Shown here piece after piece: positions 57,988-64,000 of a DNA stretch of 64,000 nucleotides. This DNA comes from a virus, in IMG/VR virus record IMGVR_UViG_3300020473_002200, positions 64,001 through 128,000 of that record; one strand, given 5' to 3'. The notes under the pieces were generated by a model. The model was given only the letters and a program-made list of their open reading frames with translations. It ran no database searches and was not told the origin of the DNA. Numbering within the stretch: position 1 is the stretch's first letter; every line of letters begins with the position of its first letter. The position numbers and the translations under genes are program-made.

Positions 57988-59032
57988 TATGAGAGTTCTT
58001 TATAGCTTTTGGGGATTTATTACGCCGCTAGAAAAAAATTCAATGGTAAATACCCCGGATGGTGAGAGAGGTAATCGAGTTGATTTTGTAAGAGAATTAC
58101 AAAGTAGAGATCACACTGTAATTCAGCTTCAGAAAATGAGAGATGAAGAGCAGTTTCCGGGTGTTGAGTACAGCCCGGTTGGTTTTCCAGATGGTGATAT
58201 TGTATATTGCGAATGGCGTTGGCCGACATGGAAAAATTCTGGTAACAATCCTCAAGAATCTGACTATACTAGGCAATGTGAGGTTTTAGATCACTATCAT
58301 GCTGCTGGAGTGCCCATTATTATTCATGACGGCGATCTTAAAATGACAGCTGAAGAAGAACAGCGTTGGCCAAACGCTGTGATTTCCGATGCATGTGTAA
58401 ATCCTCGAATGCTAACTAGGAAAAGAATTTCAATCCCATGGTGCAATTATATGCAGCGTTATTTTTCGCCTGTCGAATATTCTTACAACTATACTTACGT
58501 TGGGAATAATTACGAGAGAGAAAATCAGTTTAAGAAATATTACGTTGACCCCAGCACCCCTCTAAGAGAATCAGGTATTCAGACATATGTTTGTGGTAAT
58601 TGGCTGGCCAGATCTCCAGAAAGAGAAGATCCTGGTGCTAGAATTACGAACGCGCCTAATGTTGCATTTGGTCCACGCCTTGCTTATAAAGATATTTTTT
58701 CTGTTTTGAATTCTTCTATTACGGTAACGCATATTACGAAAGATGACTATACACCTTTTGGAAACATTACGGGAAGGTTTTTCGAAGCTATCAAGAGTGG
58801 GGTACCAGCTTTAATTCCATGGGAATATGAGCACGCTCGCCCTGTTGGTCTTAGTGACGAATCATTAATCGTTAGATCTTCTGAGGATGTTGTTAAAAAG
58901 ACGAAGTGGATATCAACTCTTTCTGCAAACGATAGACTAGGTTTGGTAAATCTGCAGGAAGAGGCATTAAGGACAGTTATTGATCCTCGCCCTGAGGCCC
59001 GCGTCGACCTTTTGGAGCAGCTTTGCGGGTAA
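57977..59032 (+). CDS. GT-B glycosyltransferase resembling T4 DNA beta-glucosyltransferase / Glyco_trans_1_2
   Basis: YVGNNYER sugar-nucleotide-loop-like segment and C-terminal ITGRFFEAIKSGVPALIP (compare T4 BGT ITLRVWE..ASDAV.LID). Confidence 0.68.
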   Translation: MENNMRVLYSFWGFITPLEKNSMVNTPDGERGNRVDFVRELQSRDHTVIQLQKMRDEEQFPGVEYSPVGFPDGDIVYCEWRWPTWKNSGNNPQESDYTRQCEVLDHYHAAGVPIIIHDGDLKMTAEEEQRWPNAVISDACVNPRMLTRKRISIPWCNYMQRYFSPVEYSYNYTYVGNNYERENQFKKYYVDPSTPLRESGIQTYVCGNWLARSPEREDPGARITNAPNVAFGPRLAYKDIFSVLNSSITVTHITKDDYTPFGNITGRFFEAIKSGVPALIPWEYEHARPVGLSDESLIVRSSEDVVKKTKWISTLSANDRLGLVNLQEEALRTVIDPRPEARVDLLEQLCG

Positions 59033-59036
59033 AGTA

Positions 59037-59564
59037 ATGATTGTAGCTTTTATTGGTCCAGATATGACAGGAAAGTCGAATATAGCTTCTCGACTATCTA
59101 AAGAAATTAACATTCCTGTTTTTAAGAACACAGGCGAATGGAAGGCAGATTTAAGTGGAGATGATTATTATATAAATCTTCTTAAATTTGGTGGTACATT
59201 CTTGATGGACTTCTTGGTACAAACAAATCCATCTGCTATTTTAGATAGATTTTACCCTTGTGAATATGCTTATTCTAATGTGTTTAACCGTAGTTCTAAT
59301 AAGGATTTAATTTTAAAGCTGGATAAAAAGTTTTCTTCTATTAGCGGTAAATTTGTTTTTTGCTATAGAAGTAGCTATGATGGAATTAAAGATGATTTAT
59401 TTCCAGAGAAAATAAATTGTGAAACTCTAAAAAAAATAGAAAGACAATATAGAATATTTTTAGAGGAAACAAAATGTGATATTTTACATTTGGAAACGTC
59501 TGATATGAATCTAGAAAATCAGATTTTTAAAATTAAGAAATTTTTAGGAGTTGATGAAACATGA
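59037..59564 (+). CDS. Deoxynucleoside monophosphate kinase (thymidylate kinase-like)
   Basis: AFIGPDMTGKS P-loop and ILDRFYPCEYAY (DR motif); ATG at 59037. Confidence 0.8.
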   Translation: MIVAFIGPDMTGKSNIASRLSKEINIPVFKNTGEWKADLSGDDYYINLLKFGGTFLMDFLVQTNPSAILDRFYPCEYAYSNVFNRSSNKDLILKLDKKFSSISGKFVFCYRSSYDGIKDDLFPEKINCETLKKIERQYRIFLEETKCDILHLETSDMNLENQIFKIKKFLGVDET

Positions 59565-60565
59565 GTAAAAAAGCGTTAGTCACCGGCGGTTGTGGCTTTA
59601 TTGGTTCAAATTTGGCTATTAAATTAGTTGAGCAAGGATGGAGCGTTGACGTTGTTGATGATCTTTCTAGTGGCGATTTAGATGCATTAAAAAATTTAGA
59701 TATCAGGACTGTCACACCTGAGCTTTTAATACAGTATGAAGAGTCTGGAATTATTGAAGATAAGACCCTTGTAATCACTGGGGATTTTGCTAGTCCATAT
59801 GTCCTTTCTAGAATCGCTGATAAAAGATACGATTATGTATTTCACTTAGCTGCACTACCAAGAGTTCAATTTTCTGTAGAGAACCCTGTTTTGACAACAG
59901 ATCAAAATGTTATGAAAACAGTTTCGCTTATGACTGCTTGCATCGAAAATGTAGACAGATTTATTTTTAGTAGTTCATCCTCTGTATACGGAGATGTTTC
60001 TGACAATTTTCCCTCAAGGGAATCTGGTAACTATGAGCCAGCCTCTCCTTACGCATTACAAAAGTTAGTGGTTGAGAATTTTTGTCAATTATTTTTTAAG
60101 CTATATAAGCTTGAGTCTGTTTGCTTGAGGTATTTTAACGTATTTGGGCCTGGTCAGCCTGGAGACAGTCCATATTCAACTGCAGTATCTGCATGGTTGG
60201 ATAAAATTGCCACTAATCAGCCACTTCGAAGTGATGGAGATGGAGAGCAAACTCGTGATATCGTGTATATCGATGATGTTGTTGATGCCAATATAAGGGC
60301 AGCTGAAAGCCCCAAGACAATGAGCGGTAATACATACAATGTAGGCACAGGTGCGACGTATAGCAATAACGAGATCTTGGGTTTACTTAAAAATAAGTTT
60401 GGTGATCTTGAAATTAACCACGCGCCTGAAAGACCTGGCGACGTTAAGCATACAAAGGCAAATATAGCAAAGATTTTTGAAGATCTTGGCTGGAAGCCTA
60501 AGTGGGATTTTGTATCTGGGTTAAATGAAACAATAAAGTGGTGGGGTCTAAAAGAGAACTCCTAA
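59561..60565 (+). CDS. NAD-dependent NDP-sugar epimerase (extended SDR, GalE/WbpP-like)
   Basis: TGGCGFIGSN, FHLAA, SSSSVYG, YALQK (YxxxK), LRYFNVFGP, RDIVYIDDVV.AN. Confidence 0.92.
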   Translation: MSKKALVTGGCGFIGSNLAIKLVEQGWSVDVVDDLSSGDLDALKNLDIRTVTPELLIQYEESGIIEDKTLVITGDFASPYVLSRIADKRYDYVFHLAALPRVQFSVENPVLTTDQNVMKTVSLMTACIENVDRFIFSSSSSVYGDVSDNFPSRESGNYEPASPYALQKLVVENFCQLFFKLYKLESVCLRYFNVFGPGQPGDSPYSTAVSAWLDKIATNQPLRSDGDGEQTRDIVYIDDVVDANIRAAESPKTMSGNTYNVGTGATYSNNEILGLLKNKFGDLEINHAPERPGDVKHTKANIAKIFEDLGWKPKWDFVSGLNETIKWWGLKENS

Positions 60566-61164
60566 TGAAAAGAAACCCACGATTTGAAATTTTTACTGGC
60601 CCAATGTTTGGTGGAAAAACGACTCGTCTAATCGCTGCTTTAGATAGATACCAATACCAAAATAAGAGTATTTTACTGTTTAAACCAAAGATTGATAATA
60701 GGTATGATAAAAATTCCGTTGTAACGCATAGCGGCTTGAGCCTATCTTCTAGGACAGTGGGGTTTAGTCGTGTGGAAAATGTGGCAAATGGAGATGAATT
60801 ATTAGAAAGATTCGAGTATCTTAATTCTGGTTGCGATATAGACGTTGTCGCTGTTGACGAGGCATTTATGATTGGGGGATCCGCTAGTGCTCTTAAAGCG
60901 ATTTATAATTTTTTTGGGAAAACAATACTTGTTTCTAGTCTGCAATTATCGTCTTCTGGCGAGTCCTATAAAGAGATATTAGATATTTTACCATGGGCAA
61001 CAAATATTCAAATTTGTCCTGCAGTATGTGCTATTTGTGGCGAAGACGCTTATTTTACACAAAAAATCGCAGGGAATAATGATCCTGGTAAATTGGAGAT
61101 TGGTGGATCTGATTTGTATCAGCCTCGTTGTCATAATCATTTTAATCCACAGGAATTATTGTGA
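60565..61164 (+). CDS. tdk: Thymidine kinase
   Basis: GPMFGGKTT, KPKIDNRY, VAVDEAF, C..CG..A..T.K...GG...YQPRC..H; ATG overlaps the upstream stop (TAATG). Confidence 0.9.
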   Translation: MKRNPRFEIFTGPMFGGKTTRLIAALDRYQYQNKSILLFKPKIDNRYDKNSVVTHSGLSLSSRTVGFSRVENVANGDELLERFEYLNSGCDIDVVAVDEAFMIGGSASALKAIYNFFGKTILVSSLQLSSSGESYKEILDILPWATNIQICPAVCAICGEDAYFTQKIAGNNDPGKLEIGGSDLYQPRCHNHFNPQELL

Positions 61165-61577
61165 ATAAAAGTGCATGGGTTTTAAAGTCTGAAAAAATTG
61201 TAAAAGACTGGGGCCATGAAGTAAGATGGGATTTTGTAACGCAGCAAATATTTGGTAAAAAGCTTTTTATAAAAGAGGGGTTCTCAACAAGGACCAAGTA
61301 TTTTACCAATAAAAGCGAAACTTTTTTTCTAGAAGAAGGAGAGTTAGAAGTAGTTTTCGCTCCAGAATCTTATTTATTGAATAGAGACGTTCAGTTAGTT
61401 ACAAGAAGGGTTTTAGTTAAAGGAGACGTATTTCAAATTCAATCAGGGTGTCCATACACTTTAAAGGCTTTAGCTGATTGTAATATTTATGAAATCAGTT
61501 CATCAGGAAATTCCACTTTTTGTGTTTTAAATGATGAATATTTTAATATGACTGAACAAAGGAATAAAAATGGTTGA
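61161..61577 (+). CDS. Cupin-fold protein (mannose-6-P isomerase-like), metal His residues apparently lost
   Basis: K.WGHE...GK.L.I..G....KYF..K.ETF...G pattern; usual QYH and H ligands replaced. Confidence 0.6.
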   Translation: MNKSAWVLKSEKIVKDWGHEVRWDFVTQQIFGKKLFIKEGFSTRTKYFTNKSETFFLEEGELEVVFAPESYLLNRDVQLVTRRVLVKGDVFQIQSGCPYTLKALADCNIYEISSSGNSTFCVLNDEYFNMTEQRNKNG

Positions 61578-62430
61578 ACCCAACCAAGTGAATTGCGTAA
61601 TCTATCACGCAGATTGTACCGATGGTTTTGGTGCAGCATACGCTGCCTGGAAACAATTGGGTAATAGAGCAGAATATCATGCATGTAGACATGGTCAAAC
61701 CCCTCCAGATGTAAAAGACAAGATTGTTGCGATACTGGATTTTTCATTTGACAATGCCACAACAAAGCAAATGATTGAAGACGCAGAGGGCTTAATTGTT
61801 ATTGATCACCACAAATCTGCAATGGTAGAGCTTCATGATATATCAAATACACATTTCGATATGACTAAATCTGGCGCTATGTTATCGTGGGAATTTTTTC
61901 ATCCTGGTAAAGAACCGCCAAAGTTTGTAAGATATATTATGGATAGAGATCTCTGGACATGGGAGCTTGATTATTCAAAGGAATTTAGCGCTGCTTTTGA
62001 TATGGTACCATTTGAATTTGAGGAATTTGAAAAGTTTGAAGATGACTCAGTATTCGATGATGCAGTTAAGCGTGGTTCATATATCCTCGCATATTCAAAG
62101 ACAGTTGTAAAAAAAGTTTGTGAGAAAGCGGTTGTCCGTTACTTTGAAGATAAAAAGATTATGATAGTAAATGCGTCACACTGGATGTCAGAAATTGGGT
62201 CTAGATTATCTCCCGATTGTGACTTTGCAGTGATCTGGTATTTTGATCATGATATGGGTATTACTAAGGTTAGCTTAAGATCTTTTCATGACAATGTAGA
62301 TGTTAGTGAGTTTGCTAAAAAATTTGGGGGTGGTGGTCATAAGAAGGCCGCCGGCTTTACTCTCCCAATAGATCAGCATATTGACAATTTATTTACTCTA
62401 GAACCAGAAAAAAAGGAAGAATCTTCATAA
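61570..62430 (+). CDS. DHH/DHHA1 phosphoesterase (NrnB/oligoribonuclease-like)
   Basis: YHADCTDG, ILDFS, IDHHKS, D.DLW.W, GGGGHKKAAGF. Confidence 0.88.
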   Translation: MVEPNQVNCVIYHADCTDGFGAAYAAWKQLGNRAEYHACRHGQTPPDVKDKIVAILDFSFDNATTKQMIEDAEGLIVIDHHKSAMVELHDISNTHFDMTKSGAMLSWEFFHPGKEPPKFVRYIMDRDLWTWELDYSKEFSAAFDMVPFEFEEFEKFEDDSVFDDAVKRGSYILAYSKTVVKKVCEKAVVRYFEDKKIMIVNASHWMSEIGSRLSPDCDFAVIWYFDHDMGITKVSLRSFHDNVDVSEFAKKFGGGGHKKAAGFTLPIDQHIDNLFTLEPEKKEESS

Positions 62431-62451
62431 TTAATGATTGCGGAGGAAGAT

Positions 62452-63885
62452 ATGAAGAAAAACTCTGAGATATTATACGAGATAGCGTTAAAATTAGTCG
62501 ACGACAATGTACTATTTGAGCATGCAATGTCTAATCGTTCTGTCTATGGAATGTTGATGGAAGACATCAATGATGCCGATATTGAAAAGCTAAGATCAGC
62601 TGTTCAGGTTTCCATGAAGGCAGTTGATCAAAATATGAAAGTTGCAAATGAGCTTAATCTTGCGTCATTGGTCGACTATTTTAATAAGCTAAAAGGCTCG
62701 TTAACAAAGGCTGGCACTCTTGCTTCTAAGCTAGATTTAGCTGATGCAGATGGAGTGGCTGCTCAAATTAAGGGGTTTTTTGGGAAAAAGATGGATGTTT
62801 CCAGAGCACTTCAGGCTGTAATTGATTTACAAAATAAGTCGAATACTGCCGGCCAAACGCTAGCCAGCGCAATTCAATTAATTAGTAAAAACCTTGAAGG
62901 TAAAGTTGAAGACGACGTTACCTTAAGTGATCTAGACGCTGACAAACACGGTCTTACAGCTGATGATTTAAAATCAGGTGTATCAAAGGCTTTTAAGAGC
63001 TCTAAGCCTAAGGGCTTTTTGGCGAAGCTTGGCGCTTTAATGGGCAAATCAAAATTTATTGCTTCAATTCCTGGAGCTGAAGAGATTGATGAGTTGCCAG
63101 TCGATAAATTGGCTGACGAATTATTAAATTTGACATTCGGCCAGCTAAAGTCACTAGACGTAGAAGTTCAAAAAACTTCTGCGGCCGCTGAAAAAGCAGT
63201 AGTCCCACCAGATGTTGTAAAGGGTGTTCATAGTTCTGCCGAAGAAGCTCCGCCTCCTGGAAAAGAATCTGAAGAAGGTCCTGTTGCTGCTTCTGCTGAA
63301 GGTGGCGAAGGTGAAGGTAAAGAGGGCGAAGAAGGTGCTGAAGGTGCTGAAGGTGAAGAAGGCGCTGAGGGTGAAGAGGTTCCAGAAAACCCTGAGGAAG
63401 AGTCTGATCCTGCAAAAGAAATAAAGGCCGCTGCAGCCGAAGTACAGTCTAAGCCAATGTCACCAAAAGATGCTGTCGCCAAAGCTTTATCTGATTGGGA
63501 GTCTTCGTTATCCGACTCGAGTCAAAAAACGCTTCAAGCTAAAGGCAGAAGCCAAGAGTTAAAAGATGGAATCTTTACCGGTATTGATAAAGGCAAGGCT
63601 GCTGTTGAAAAAGCTGTTGCCAAGGCAGTTAAGACCTGGCGTGGCGCGCACGAAGAAACGCTGATTAAGTCAAAGAGGTTTGCTAAGAAAAACTTTGATT
63701 CTTTAGAGGAGCTAATTCCAAGTCTTGCAGCACAGGTCTTAGTTCAGACTAGCGAAAGTCGACAGCGCAAGATCACAACAACTCAAATTAGAAAATTTGT
63801 TCATAAAAGATTAGACGATGTGTTTCGTCCACAAAATCGTTTGTACGAAACTTGGCAAAAGAATGCTGGTCTATTAAAAGATTAA
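62452..63885 (+). CDS. Hypothetical helical protein with acidic low-complexity region (possible capsid-internal protein)
   Basis: GGAGG SD before ATG 62452 (the longer ORF starts at 62434); EGAEG-rich tract; C-terminus LYETWQKNAGLLKD matches 11088..12647. Confidence 0.6.
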   Translation: MKKNSEILYEIALKLVDDNVLFEHAMSNRSVYGMLMEDINDADIEKLRSAVQVSMKAVDQNMKVANELNLASLVDYFNKLKGSLTKAGTLASKLDLADADGVAAQIKGFFGKKMDVSRALQAVIDLQNKSNTAGQTLASAIQLISKNLEGKVEDDVTLSDLDADKHGLTADDLKSGVSKAFKSSKPKGFLAKLGALMGKSKFIASIPGAEEIDELPVDKLADELLNLTFGQLKSLDVEVQKTSAAAEKAVVPPDVVKGVHSSAEEAPPPGKESEEGPVAASAEGGEGEGKEGEEGAEGAEGEEGAEGEEVPENPEEESDPAKEIKAAAAEVQSKPMSPKDAVAKALSDWESSLSDSSQKTLQAKGRSQELKDGIFTGIDKGKAAVEKAVAKAVKTWRGAHEETLIKSKRFAKKNFDSLEELIPSLAAQVLVQTSESRQRKITTTQIRKFVHKRLDDVFRPQNRLYETWQKNAGLLKD

Positions 63886-63886
63886 A

Positions 63887-64000
63887 ATGGAAAATAACCA
63901 CAGACCTTCTTGGGATAGCGTCTGGGCGAATGTAGCAACTGCGATTTCTAAAAGATCATATGATCCACGCTATCAGGTAGGCGCAATCGTCGTAACGTCT
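63887..64000 (+). CDS. dCMP deaminase, N-terminal fragment (runs off the window)
   Basis: Translates MENNHRPSWDSVWANVATAISKRSYDPRYQVGAIVVTS, matching the RPSWD...RS......VGA.IV start of dCMP deaminases; not in the supplied ORF track. Confidence 0.78.
   Translation, partial: MENNHRPSWDSVWANVATAISKRSYDPRYQVGAIVVTS

Noticed and set aside
56878-60565. Host-derived LPS/capsule island or auxiliary polysaccharide locus
   Set aside because: No wzx/wzy/wzz, ABC exporter or multiple GTs; the genes are interleaved and overlap with nucleotide-modifying genes. This is not fully excluded for protein glycosylation.
63241-63400. GAAGGT-like DNA repeat as a regulatory or mobile element
   Set aside because: It is imperfect and explained by the Glu/Gly/Ala low-complexity coding tract.
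596-63482. The many short minus-strand and alternate-frame ORFs in the ORF track
   Set aside because: They are nested antisense or out of frame within long motif-bearing + strand genes, lack SD and recognisable motifs, and are typical shadow ORFs.
1-64000. Alternative genetic code, inteins, group I/II introns, tRNAs, integrase or transposase
   Set aside because: Genes are full length under code 11; terminase, RecA, helicase, NrdJ and DnaE show no intein-sized inserts or splice motifs; no tRNA cloverleaf or mobile-element gene was seen by eye.

Overview
This window is 64 kb of a large, AT-rich, contractile-tailed (myovirus) dsDNA phage genome of the distant T4-like type. All credible genes lie on the + strand and use the standard genetic code. 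Positions 1-39 kb hold the morphogenesis module: terminase, portal, prohead protease, scaffold, gp23-like major capsid, neck gp13/14/15, two very large tail sheaths, tube, tail chaperone, tape measure and baseplate. Positions 39-56 kb hold replication and repair genes: a minimal PolA domain, a catalytically degenerate DnaQ-like exonuclease, gp32-like SSB, RecA, 5'-3' exonuclease, DnaB/gp41 helicase, class II RNR, ClpP, Fpg/Nei, a J-domain protein, a dCTPase/dUTPase and a DnaE (Pol III alpha) instead of a T4 PolB. The best candidate for an undescribed system is the tightly coupled cluster at 51.8-62.4 kb. It encodes a dCTPase-like pyrophosphatase, DnaE, a thymidylate-synthase-fold enzyme with the dCMP-specifying Asp (T4 gp42-like), UDP-galactopyranose mutase (Glf), a T4 beta-glucosyltransferase-like GT-B enzyme, a dNMP kinase and an NDP-sugar epimerase. 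Together these suggest that cytosine is replaced by a hydroxylated or hydroxymethylated base carrying a furanose sugar (for example galactofuranose). Secondary findings include a candidate +1/-2 tail-chaperone frameshift, a shared C-terminal W-x-x-x-A-G-L/I tag on probable capsid-internal proteins (one a zeta-toxin-like kinase), nested domain repeats in a sheath protein, two promoter classes and a candidate structured RNA leader. All annotations come from motif recognition by eye; no database searches were run.
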